A stretch of 64,000 bases of DNA from Podarcis cretensis (taxonomy: Eukaryota), in NCBI GenBank assembly GCA_951804945.1, contig OX638153.1:45322001-45386000 (forward strand), written 5' to 3'. The notes beneath the pieces were generated by a model, which saw nothing but the letters and a program-made list of their open reading frames with translations, made no database searches and was not told where the DNA came from. Made by a program: the position numbers and the translations under genes. Shown piece by piece: positions 11,401 to 24,252 of the stretch. Numbering within the stretch: the first letter of the stretch is position 1; every line of letters starts with the position of its first letter.

Positions 11401-13278
11401 CTGTCTGGCAGAGTCAATTGCAATATGTGCAAAAAGTGAGGTGGGGGAGGGAGGACACTTTGCTGAAGTTTGTAAGTCTCCTGTCCAAGTGCTTATAAAT
11501 AAAAACGAGGAACATCACATTTCCTGGGGGGAATTTTTGAGTGACAGGACTCCACCACGCTTCCCCATATTGTCGGGGGAATATGGCCACAAATTGCAGC
11601 TGTGAACGGATTCATCCTACCCATACACTATTTAATTAAAGCATTTTAATTCTGCTTTTCAGCTGGAAAAGTTATGACAGCAGTTTACAATCTGAAAGAC
11701 ACAGCATAAAAGGGAGAAAAAAAGAAAGGGAGGGGGGAGAAGCAGTATAAGTCTGCTTCAAGATGGGTGGTTCCTAGTGCAACTCAATCACTTCTCTTCC
11801 TTCGAAAGCTATAAGCAGATTGTAGCTGGCTTTCCATACTGTTAGAAGTACTGTCCTTTCCCTATCCTTCTGTGTTCTGTCCACCCTGGTGATTGTGCCA
11901 TGGCTGCTTTGAGTGGGGCCATTTGAGGATCAACACACATTCACAATGCATGTTGTGGTGGGTGCCATTTTGTGATCCCATTTATAATTATTAATCAATC
12001 TTCAAATTAGCATTAAAACACTTTTCTATAATTATTTCTGAATAGAAGACTTATACCACCATAATGTTACCGCTTGTAATAATGGTGTTACAGTGCTGTA
12101 ATGCCACAAATACAATAATGGTAATTTTAAAAGAGTTTTAAAAATCATTATGATGCCCCAGCCAATTTTGCAACTGAAACGGTTTTGTAACACAGTTTTA
12201 TGGTGGGACAGTGCAATATATTTGTAAAAAATTTTAGCTGGAAATTATTTTAGTGTTAATTATAGATGAAAATCAATGGGATTGTAAAGACTTTGCTGAA
12301 GGTGAGATGAGCTGCCATAAGGTTCACTTGAACAATTAATCACTGCTGTCGAAACATAATCTTTTGAAAAGATAGAAGGGTATTGCTAAAGTCACCTATA
12401 TCTGTGGGCGCTGCACTTTTCTATTTTTCTGAAAAACGTTGGACTTTCTGTGGTCTGAGAAAAGATTGAAGAACAACAAAGAAAATACAGGTTGACAGTG
12501 TTGGGATGTCTGTGTCATGCAGAGGCACGGTCAAAAAAACATGGATCAGACACAGCATTTCCCACATTTAGTATCTTCAGGCACCAGTTATTAAAGTTAA
12601 AATAGTTAGACCATTGTTTTCCCCCCGGCTTCACAAAGTCTTCTTTTTAATCCCAAGTCTTCGCCTGCAAACATCAGATACCCATCCAATTAGATATAAG
12701 GGTGCTCCTATTGCCATAAATGGCCATTTCATGTGCGTTTCACTGCTATCCTGGAATGCAAAGGATGCATTACTGAGGGAAGAGTGCACACTGCACAGAG
12801 GAGCTTCAATACTGAAATGGAATCACGACAGAACTCCAGTTTGTGTTGGACCCAAATAGCGTGGACCCTGTTTATGTTAGAAGAATCTAAAACCCAGAAT
12901 TCATACGCTTCTTTCATTGCTTATTTCTCAGAGGTTTTTTGCTGATAACTCCTGGTATTCAGAATACTCTTCCAGATCATTTACCCTGTTGTCTGATTTC
13001 AAGCCAAAAGGGTGTTAAAGAAGATGAGGATGAATGGCTGGTAATTCCCCCAAATCATCCAAGGTGAGATTACACCTCCAGACTGGAAAGGAAACTTGAG
13101 TGCTGGCCCAAGTGCTTGCTAGTTTTAAACATGATATAACCAAAGGACGGTCATGCAAGAATAAAATACCTGAACATTTGCAACAGGACAGGCAACTGTC
13201 CTTTTCAATAAGTGGGTATTGAGAATTGATGAGTAGCACTAGCCTCTCTGCATTTGATTAAAGTAGCCCATGATGAAA

Positions 13279-13643
13279 GGGACGCGGGTGGCACTGTGGT
13301 CTAAGCCACTGAGCCTCTTGGGCTTGCCCATCAGAAGGTCGGTGGTTCGAATCCCCGCGACGGGGTGAGCTGCTGTTGCTCGGTCCCTGCTCCTGTCAGC
13401 CTAGCAGTTCGAAAGCACGTCAAAGTGCATGTAGATAAATAGGTATCGCTCCGGCGGGAAGGTAAACAGTATTTCCGTGGGCTGCTCTGGTTTCACCAGA
13501 AGCGGCTTAGTCATGCTGGCCACATGACCCAGAAAAACTGTCCGCGGACGAACGTCGGCTCCCTCGGCTAGTAAAGCGAGATGAGTGCCGCAACCCCAGA
13601 GTTGTTCACGACTGGACTTAACTGTCAGGGGTCCTTTACCTTT
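13279..13643 (+). mobile_element. Sauria SINE
   Basis: Homologous to the 8887 copy; tail CCTTTACCTTT; TSD TAGCCCATGA(T/C)GA at 13264-13276 and 13644-13656. Confidence 0.9.
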
Positions 13644-15878
13644 TAGCCCATGACGATCGCCTAGGTAGGAGTTTGATTAAAAGAACGACGAGACAAAAGC
13701 TTTGGATGCCCAGGAATGGACAAAACCACTGAGGAACTAATCAAGATTTATGTGATTTATGCCTTCTGTGGAAATATCTCAGAAGTCTTTCATCATTCTG
13801 TTATGTCCAACAGAGGGCATGCAAGGCCAGCATCAGTGAGGCTGAACCAGGCTCATTGTCATGGTGTGATATTGTCAGCTCCCATTGTCCTTCCCACCCC
13901 TACCTTCTACTACGGCTTTTGTGAGCAGCAGGGCTGCAGATGTGGTGACCCATTGCTCCACTAAGCCCCACCAGAGAAGAACAGAGTTTGGGTTGCACCC
14001 TAACTAAGCAACAGGTTAACAAATGGCAAGATAGTATTCCCACTGACTAACAATAAAATTAAGGGCAATACTTCCATTTACTAAATGCTGTACTTTTGCT
14101 GGATGTTTCGACTTCATTTAAAAACTTGGACTGATGAGGCAAAGAGTCATACTTAGAAGTAAGTCTCATTGAGTCCAATGGAGATTATTCCCAGTGGGTA
14201 TAGGATTACAGCATGAGGCTGCAATCTAATTATAGTTATTTAGGACTAAGTCTACTTGAATTTAGCGGCACTTCCAAGTTAACATGCACAGCAGGATAGG
14301 GTTACAGGACTAATTGATCAGGAAAATGGCACAGAAAACACGTGCTTGCCCTACCTAATCACAACTTGCAGATAAACAACCCTGAGCAGAAGAATGGAAG
14401 ATGGCATAAGAGCAGCAATGGAAGGAAAACAAGTGGCTTCTAGGGCTTTTCTGTTGTACCAGAAGTTTGTTAGGGGATCAGCATATGCCAGTAGGAGTCA
14501 CTCTTGGCTTCTTAATAGATTTTAAAATAAATTAATGCAAGGCATTCTCACAACCAAATATACCAATTATTTATTGTAGGTATCAATGTCAATAAAAATA
14601 CAGGTGGCGTGCTTACCCTTACATTATTTCTGTTTAACGTATTTTCTTGTTACAATATAATTAATTCAAATACCATGAGTCTCCTCAAGTTTGAAAGAAC
14701 ACAAATCTGAAGTTAGTATAGCCAAATCAATTTGTTGGGCTAAAATTGAATTATATTGTAAGCATGAGAACTACAGCTAATTTTTATATTTTAGTGGTAC
14801 ACAGTTGATGTATTTAGATATAATTGTCACAAGTATAGCACATGCCAATTCATAGGCCAGGCCAGGTGTCACTCAATATACTATGTTAATTGTTCACTCT
14901 TAATTTTATTTATTTATAATATTTTGAACCATCCTATCATCATAACTGATCTACGGGTAGGGTACAATACAATTAAAATTAATCCAAATTAAACCATCAC
15001 AATTAAAAAATGCACCCAACAACAATAGCATACAAGACAAATATGGTTATAACCCAACCTTCTATCAATTCCTTCATTACAGTATTCACATGTGCTACAT
15101 TTGTGTACATATAAACTGATGGAACTCAGTAACTCAGAAGGAGAAGTGGAAATTGGAATTTTGCACTCACAGATCACACAAAAGTACCTCAAGCAGCATG
15201 TCGTTGAGCTCTGCTTCATATCGAGTGATACCAGAATTTAAATTTGCCTATTATAAAATGATCCCAAACTAACTACTTGTCTGTGGATTGCATATTCATA
15301 ACTACCAAGCTACTGTTATTATATATAGGCCTGGAATATATCACACTTTAATTTAGCACAGCTATTTAATCTCATTTGTCCTCACAATAACCTTAACAGT
15401 CCCATTGTTATTACCATTTTAGAAGCTGAGGAAAAATCTGTCTATCCCAAGCCCATGACTGATCAAGGATCTGAACACAGACTTGCTGTGTCTAATTTCT
15501 GTATTTCTGCCCTACATTTTTAGTTCTAAGATTAATTTTATTCTATTTTACATGGAATAAAAGTAGCTCTGAGGTCAAAGCAGTGTTGTAAGCTATAATC
15601 ATATGCATGCTTACAGTACAGGCCCATACATGCCTACTGAGAAGTTAAGTCCTATTGAATTCAATGGAACTTGTACACGTGTATAGGATTGCAGCCTCGC
15701 CCTGGGAGTAAACTTCATTGGATATGGTGGACCTTATTGCCCAGTAAATATGTATAGAATGGAGCTGAACAAATTAGCCACCACACCTTTAGCAAAAAGC
15801 AAATAGAACTGTAGAGAATTCAGTAAAATTCTATTTAGGGTCATATTTATTCCATCTGATTGCCTGACCACCTAAGGC

Positions 15879-16123
15879 AGGGCTGGACTTATCAACAGGC
15901 AGATTGGGGTGGCCACCTCAAGGCTGCAGATCCTGGGGTATGGGGATAGTCACCCAGCTTGTTCCTCTCTGTTGGAGGACAACTGTGTGTCATGAGACCT
16001 GTTCTGAACCAAACCTTGCCTGGTACTCTCAGGAGTGGTGGACGATGTGTGTCCAGGAGGGGGCACCATCTTATATGGCTCAGGCAGCAAAAAAAATAAA
16101 AATAAAAAATGGGGGCTGGCCTT
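15879..16123. mobile_element. Degraded hAT-like MITE
   Basis: CAGGGCTGG start and GGGCTGGCCTTG end resembling CAGGG-type termini; no clear TSD. Confidence 0.35.
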
Positions 16124-16759
16124 GGCCTTCTAGGCAGCTCCTTGTTATGGAGCTCCTCCCAAAGGAAGATTTGGCTGGCCTCTAGCCTCCTTGGCAAAAA
16201 TGTATGCTTTTCTGGAGAGTTTGCTCTGTGCTGCTTTCTGCTTTTTATTTTCAAAACTTTTATGGCGGTCTATGTGTTTTTATTATGTCTATGGTAGGAT
16301 TATTAAAAACATCAACAACAAAACCAACAAGCCAAGGTACTTCCGTGTCTCTTTCCATTTTGCCCCTCCAGTGTTATAAATTAGATACGTTTTGAGAACT
16401 GCTTTCAACTGGCAAAAATAATAATAGCATTTTCCATTGAAAGAGTGGGGAGCTGGGTACAATCAGGACTGATTCAGCTGCCCAAAAATAACACAGTCAG
16501 TTACATGCAATGCTATGGGTGGGTTTTTTTTGTTGTTTTTTTTTTGGGTGGTGGGGGATTTTGCCCCAGCATCCCTGTAAGGAACTGTAGACATCACGCC
16601 TCTTAGTTACTCTGAAGCAGCAAGAAGTTATTGGGGGCAACAAGAAAACAGACCCTGCCCTTTCTTCCAAACCCAGACTGACCACTAACCACTACTCTAG
16701 GTATTAGTGCTTAACTCCTAAGGGTGCGACCCTAACCTCACTTACCTGGGAATAAGCCT

Positions 16760-18270
16760 CATTGCACTCTGCGGGGCTGACCTCTCAGCAGACGCATTTA
16801 GGATTGCGCGGTCAGATGTGAAAATCCCAGGGTTTCCAAACCTGTCCAGGAGCCCCTGCCTAACCTTTGACCTGGAAGGCCTTCCCTTCATCCCGGATGT
16901 GCTCAGGAGGGATGCATATGTGCATGTTTGCATGCAGCGGTGCGAGAAAGGAGGAGAAGCAGCCCCTGGCAATTCCCAAATGCGCTCTCCCTGCTGTTCC
17001 TCGTCCCCTGGTTGTTGCAGTAAATAAGTGCCCGGGGGCCGAGGAGGAATCGTCTGAATAATAGGAACTTTCATCGTCACTTAAACAAACCAGCCGCGAG
17101 ATGCGATGCCGGTTTGATGGCAGAGGCCCTGCGCTTTGACCCGAACCGGGAGAGCACGATAATGTGAAGCAGATTGGCAGCCGGCGAGAGACTCTTGCAG
17201 AGGCCCCGGTCACAAACCCGCCCTTCCACCCCCGAGCTGCTGCTCCGGCTTTAACGCAACAAGAGCCCCGTAGGAGATGGGCTGAAGGCCGCTTCCAAGC
17301 CTTCGCTTTGCAAAGGCTGCTGCCGCTGCCTCTGCCTCCGCCGCCCCATCCTTTCATTCCCCCAGAGGCTACGCAGTCCGCCCTGCTAACAGCAAGTGAG
17401 TGGTGGCTGCTGCTGCTGCTGCAGCTGCTGCTATTGCTGCTTGCAAGGGACTTGCAATTAGCAGGAGCCCGGCACGAGTTCAGCCCAGCGCCTTTCACTT
17501 ATTCACTTATCATTTTATTATTTTATTTTAATTCCAACCCCCTCCTATACTTTTTTTTTTTTAAAAGCAAGCCGCACTCGCTGAGAAAACAACCCAGGAA
17601 GTGACAAGCCCATTTCCTTTCTCCGGGAGGATCAGTCCAATACAGCACCGCCGTTTCGGCAGGGGAGTCCTGGCGCAGCCTTGGCAAGATTGCGGAGCTT
17701 CCCGCAGGGACACACGCGCGACGGGGCGGCTTGGTAACGCAGGGTCCCAAGTCCTCTAGCCGGGGTAAGAGAAGGTGGCCTCTGAGCGCTTGCACGCGGA
17801 CCTTCCCTTCTGCAAATCTTCTCGCCACCCCCCCCCCGTCTTTCTCCCTCGTTGGTCTCGTCCTGGGCAGATATTGTTACAATGTGTAGAATAGTAGAGC
17901 GGAGACACTTTCATTCCCCTCTCGGACAGAGAGAGAGAAAGAGAGGCTTTCTTGATGGCTTGAGGTGGAAGCTATTTATTATCTGCTATTTCCTTCTCTC
18001 CCCCCCTCCCTCCTCCTTCTCCTCCCTCCTCCACTTTTCAGTTTTTATTTTGTTGGTGTTTGGGAAATTCTGCTCCCGCTTCCTTGCCGGTGCCTGGGAT
18101 GAGGAGATGACAGGAGCGATCAGAGACAGGGGACCAAGTTCCTATTGCTGCTACTGCAAAGGCTGCTATTGGCATTCCGGAAAGGAGCAAGCGGGGAATG
18201 CATGATGGTGATTGATCTGGGGTGTGTGCGTGCGTGCGTGCTCCTTTAACCCGGTTTCTAACTCCATCGT
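16760..18270 (+). promoter_or_regulatory. FAM53B: CpG island, probable FAM53B promoter and non-coding exon 1
   Basis: Second CpG-rich block, located between the EEF1AKMT2 3' end and the FAM53B coding exons. Candidate donors CAA|GTGAGT (exon end 17395) and GGG|GTAAGA (exon end 17764). Assignment to FAM53B is inferred from synteny. Confidence 0.7.
17407..17440. repeat. Imperfect (CTG)n repeat
   Basis: CTG triplet run immediately after the candidate donor. Confidence 0.8.
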
Positions 18271-19270
18271 TCTGGGCTGTCATTATCAGCAAACAAGAGA
18301 GGCGAGCTTAGAGAAGGGACAAGAGGTGGGGGGGGGGGCTGCGATGAGTTTAGGAATTATCATTTTGTTTATTGAACTTTGCATGTGGACAAGGAAAAGG
18401 CTGCCTGCCCTGATTGATTGAACTGAGACCGTGCACTGGGACTGCTGCTAACCAACTGGAAGTGTGCTAACATTTCCCCCCTCCCCCTCCTAGCTACCCC
18501 CCACCCCCACCCCTGGTTAGATATGTTCCTTTTCTGTTTCTTTTTTACGTAGCCATAACTATAAATATGATGATGATAATTTGATGGGAGTGAGACTTTA
18601 CTGTATGGATTGCATTTGCACATGGCAAAAGAATCTGCCCTTGAAAGGCTCTTTTAAAGTTAAGAGTTTTGCAGTACGTCATTGATTTGTCAGCTGTATG
18701 AGAGTTTAGTCCTCAGGCTTCATTTCTCTTTCCCCTTTCATGAAAATGTAGAAGTCGGCCTGGACACAAGTAGGCTGACAAACGCTTCGTTATTCATGAG
18801 TGTTTTATATCTCTGTTCATAACAGCAGTTGCCAGCAGTGTTTATGTCTGTACGTCCCATTTGCTCTTGCACCCCATATTTTTCACATTTTATTTTTAGC
18901 TCTTTTTCTCATTTCCTCCTCTGGGATAATGTTTCTGCATACTGTGAGCCTCAGTGAGTGTATTGTGCATATGCTTGCATGATGATTTTGTTATGCTTGA
19001 TCAATGGAGGGCTGTCATAGTCTATGTTCCAAACCACCATTATATCACTGGCAGTCTACTCAGATGTGACTTATATGTTTGCATGTATTCAGGTAGCTTA
19101 TGCTTCCATTAAAACAAGCTCAGCATGAAGTTGGATTTAATATTCACTTTTTTGGGGGGGTGTAGTATGACTAACTAGCCTAACCAGATATCTTTTTTTT
19201 TAAAGATAATCATAGATTAAATGTGTTACTTTCCTGAATTCTCAGTTACATCTTGCTTTTACAGAGCCTA

Positions 19271-19376
19271 GGGGTGGCATTCAACTAAGTTTTACTCCAA
19301 GTCTGTGAACGCGACTAAGTTAAATTCATTAATTTCAATGTGTCTACTCTGGAAAAAAAGCAGTTGACCACCACCC
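19271..19376. mobile_element. Palindromic MITE family copy
   Basis: GGGTGGCATTCAACTAAG...AGTTGACCACCACCC inverted ends; homologous to 29935 and 52294. Confidence 0.65.
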
Positions 19377-22300
19377 TAGGTTTCTTATAAAGTTTGCTTT
19401 GAGTAGGTAAATGGATGTCATAGTATTGATCAACTAGCATGTTAATAGCATTGTACACATAAGCCATGTTACAAGTACTGATGAAAGTAACAGCACTCCT
19501 TGTTCTTCAGTGTGTCTTGGACTGTAGGTTTTTGTGTGTGTGTGTGCTTACACTCTTCAACTGGTGGGGCAGGACACACAGGTGGGCCACAACAGGGGCA
19601 CTATCACTATGCAAATATATGGCAAAAGATCAATAAATGGGTTCCCAAATGCATGTTTGGGTTAAAGGGGAATACTGGGTCTGAAAAGTTTCTAGACTCC
19701 TGCTCTAGATGAACTTTGTGCAGATCAGATATTTGGTATTAGACTGGTTAACAGTTTGCAGATTGTTAGCACTGTAAAAGAATCTTGAGGGAGACTGTAA
19801 AATCCGGAGCACAGCCGGTTTCACAGCCCCTTTTTGGATCAAGGGAAATGGTGCCTTTTGCTGAGATGATTTAGGAGTGTGCTCTCATATGTAGTCTTGG
19901 CAGCACAGCAGACGTAGGCTGCTTGATTACAAGCTCTGCCCTGTGTTCAGGAGACCACAGTGCAGTTTGACTATAGGGAAAAGATACAAAGCCAACTAAG
20001 CAAGCGATACTGTGAGAGAACAGGCATGCAACCAGAGAATCCAATTATGAAATTGGATGCATATTTGTTACAGGATTATGCCCCACCCCCAGTGTGAAGA
20101 ACACCTTATATTTGGCTTCACTGATTAATGTTAACCCACATATTCTCACTGGGTTAACAAAATAATTTATTTCCTTTTTTCTATCATTTTTTAAAAAATA
20201 TCTGAACTGAGGAATGGTTTTGTTAAACATAAATGTTTGCATAGTAACAAAAAAAATCAGAGTGCTGGTTGTTGTTTTTCTTTACTGCCCTATGAGACAA
20301 GCCTATATATGTTTACTCATAATTAAGCCCCATTGCATTTAGTGGGGCTTGCTCCATAGCGTTTAAGATTTCAGCCTCTGTTTATTTGAGTTTTTCTTGC
20401 AAATGCCTTCACCAATACCTACTAGATTATTTTCCTAGAATCTGAAATGCACAAGAAGACCTTTATCAGGGACAATCCAGTAAAGACAGATTAAACAACC
20501 TGTGTTTATTTGATAAGCAATTAGGTATTCAGCCAGAGAATGGAGTTGAGCTTTGCATTTTGAACTGAAACAAGTTAAATTTTCTCTCCACGTCAGTTGT
20601 GTGCAGCTAATGCATTTGGAGATTTGAGTTAATATCTACTTTTTTCAATGAAGCTGACACACTGACTACGGACAAGTCTTTGCAGGGTTCTTTTTTGATC
20701 GATGCATGAAAGTGTAGGTGAGACTTGAAAGCTGATAGATGTTTCTCACAGCCAGATTACCATATGATGGTCCAAGGAGTACTGAGGAGGTGCCCAGGAC
20801 ATCCTAAAATTATCACTCTTATGTGATTACCCATCCATCTATCAATTCAATAGTTTCTCTCTAGTAGTTGGCATACTTCCATATTTCCTATTCATACTGA
20901 AACTACATTTTAGAAGATGTCTTCCGAATCATAAGTTAGAAATATTCCAAAATCTGGTCAGTTCAGAACTGTAGAACGTAAGGAAAAATAATGTTGTTAG
21001 ATCCAACTGACAGTTGGAGAGCAATTACTTGACATGGCTGCAAAACTATGGGCAACATACTTCCATTGCCTACTTGCTCAATGGAAATCCGCTTGCAGAG
21101 TAGGAGTTTCGGTTTCTCTTCTCCATCCTTTTCACGTGCCCTCAAATCTGCTTGGACAGAATCCAAATGCTCCAGAGTAGATGTTGGGGTTCAAAGGGGG
21201 GGTGTGTGTGCTCTGACCCTGTCTATTTTGTCCTTTGCTATACTGTACCAGAGTCCAGTTTTCAGCTGGGTAATTCAATTGGCTGATCTGATTTTTTAAA
21301 ATATTAAGTGGTTTAGAAATGCTTTTAAATAATATTACGCTAAGATAACAATTTCTCTCCAAGTAATACAATATGAAATAATTAAGGTTAGTGGGGCACA
21401 GTTTTCCATGTAGCTAACACATGTGTCCTTGGAAACCTTTGGCCACTTTCACTCAGATTGGAAGTAGACTTATCTCTATAGATATCTCTGTAGAGAAATT
21501 ATTTTTAAAGCAAGCCACAATTTATTATGTAATATGTTGATAAAAGGAGGCTTCAGCTTTAGATTCGACCCAGATGTTAAAGGTTTTCTTTCTAAATGCT
21601 TTAAAAATAATAATACTGGTGATCATAAATACCACACCAGGTTTAAAGTGACTTCCAAGCTGCAGAAAGTAATGTTGGCTTGCATTAATCAGGATTTAAA
21701 ACATTATCTACTCCAGGAGCATTTGGTCTCTCCTCCCGAAATCCTATTTAATTCCATTCACTTCTCAAACACTCAATTTTCATGATTCTGCCTTGAAAGA
21801 ATGGTTTGCTTTACAGTCGTGATATACATGGTGTCAGTGTGGCCTGACCTACCTCACTTGGTCATATGCTTTAAACATCATGGCTTTCGATATTTGCGAG
21901 GAAAGAAAATGCTTCTATATCCACTTTCAACAAATAAAATGCACACAGTGATTTCATAGCTGATTGGAGAAGTGGTCATATAAATGGGCTAGCAGTAGAG
22001 CCAGTGGAGTGATCAATAAAATGTAATAAGTGAAATGCAGCTCATGTTTGTATGGCTGCCGCTTAAAAATCTGGCATAGAGTTTGTTCTCCTTTCTTCTT
22101 CAGAGGTAATGCCGTACCACAATATTTCCACTGGTTCATGAATGGTTGCTTTGCATTGAGGTAGTACTACATACATGGATATGTGTATTGAAGCTGGGCT
22201 TTGTACATATTCTGCTTTAGATTCAGTTCTTTCTGTACAATCTTGCAGTATATTTAATCCTGTCCCTTTTTTCTATTTTTGTTGTCTTAGTATTTATTGC

Positions 22301-22699
22301 ACCAGCAAACAGTGTTTTACAGAATAGCAAAAGTATATAAAAAAGCCCTCATTCTGTTTAAATACCAAAGAGTCTTGCAGATCTTTAAGGTGGCCTGAGG
22401 TCCTTTTATGGTCTAGACTCCACTTCATCAAGTAGCTGATGAATGTTTCTGCTGTGAAACATTTGTCAGGTTTGCAAGGGACTCTGTTATTTTTGCTACA
22501 TAGTTGTACCCTTGGAAGTTTTGTTGGTAAGGGTAGCAGTGGTTAATCTGTGCCCCCCGCGTGTTGCTGGCCTACAACTCCCATCTCTTAAGAACTGGCC
22601 TTGCTGCCTGGGGCTGATGGGAACTGGAGTTCAAAACATCTGAAGAGTCAGACGTTAACTGGCCCCAGCATGGAGGAAGTGCTCAAATCAAATCAAATA

Positions 22700-22946
22700 C
22701 AGTGGTACCTCGGATTAAGTACTTACTGTAATTAGTTCCAGAGGTCCGTACTTAACCTGAAACTGTTCTTAACCTGAAGCACCACTTTAGCTAATGGGGC
22801 CTCCTGCTGTCGCCGCACCGCCAGAGCCTGATTTCTGTTCTTATCTTGAAGCAAAGTTCTTAACCTGAAGCACTATTTCTAGGTTAGCGGAGTGTGTAAT
22901 CTGAAGCGTATGTAACCTGAAGCGTATGTAACCCGAGGTACCACTG
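22700..22946. mobile_element. Tc1/mariner-type MITE (247 bp)
   Basis: TA|CAGTGGTACCTCGG...CCGAGGTACCACTG|TA, internal TAACCTGAAG repeats; opposite orientation to copies at 51729 and 59523. Confidence 0.9.
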
Positions 22947-24228
22947 TAGTGTATCAAGGAGCAAATGCATTCAGATACCATTACATTTTATCACCCTGAA
23001 CATCTCACATGAGAAGGATTTAGGACTAGCTGTGTAGATCTTCTTCAGTTCTTTTGGAGCACTTCATTTAAGGAGCTACTTAATTCAGCCTGTTTGTGGA
23101 TGCATGGAAGCCTCGTTATACAAGAGCAGGATGGAGGCAAAATTGCTACGGTCAAAGTGCAAAACTTGGGATGTTTGATTTGCTTTTGTTAGAGAAGCCC
23201 TTACCACATTGCTTTTTAAAATTTGGTGTGTGTTTGGCCTGCTTTACTAGTGGTAGGTGTGTTGCTGTGACTAAAAAGATAACTGTACAAGCACAGCAAG
23301 TTTGGCTGTATTGTGGCCATGATGTTTACTAGAAAAACCATTGGGTGTTTGCTATTATACTTACTATTAGCCCTGGGGCCTAGTTCGGGTCTGACAGGGA
23401 GGGATGGGCATGAACTAGCTGGATGTCAGGCACCAGATTAGGCAGACAGGAACCAAGGATAAGAGGCATGTGATGTAGTCACGAACAGGCTGGAGGTCAA
23501 ATACCAGATTGGATAAAGCAAAGTTGGGCCTCATATGAGATGAAGTGTGAGAGAGAGTCTGTGTTATGCACTAGGATGAGTTGCTGACACTAGCAGACCA
23601 GCTTAGAAAGAAGGGCCTGGTGACTTTCCACTGTGGACCAACACCTGGACCGCTGCTTCAGCCTAGAAGGAGCCCTTGCCCTATGAATAGCCGGATCCAT
23701 CTGTCTGGCTGAAGGACTAGAGTGCTGGTGGCTGCTGGAGGCCATTTTTAAAGACCTTTGCCATTTGCCTTGTTTAAGCTTATGTTTAACTTCTTGTATA
23801 TCAAATGAACCTGCCCACATAGGAAATATGAATAAGTAACAGCCTATTTCTAACCTCGGACTAGCTTCTCCAGAAATAAGACAAGGGCTATTGATTCCGA
23901 CTATTTTTTTGCTATGACAGCTTTTTACTTGAATGATGGAGCCAATGCTATGACTACTCCAACTTAAGCATTTACAAACATTTTTGTTAAAATTTGGGTA
24001 ATACCGGGGAGATCAAAATCTGATTTGAGGGCAACTGAAGTGCTTGACTTTTCTTCTCACCGTCCCCAGCCCCCAAAGTGAAGCAAATAGCAGAATATAT
24101 GCTGTAATAAAATTTCGTTATTGGAGCAAGGAGCAGGGAGGAGTAAGTAGGACAGGCATTATTCTATTTAAATGAAGTCACTGTTGGCAAAACAGAAAGT
24201 TATTTGACTGGGAAATATTCAGTGTCAA

Positions 24229-24252
24229 ACACACACACACACACACACACAC
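24229..24252. repeat. (CA)n microsatellite
   Basis: Direct dinucleotide run. Confidence 0.9.

Noticed and set aside
16742-18292. 212-aa and 146-aa ORFs in the second CpG island
   Set aside because: GC-rich and CTG-repeat driven; no recognisable domain
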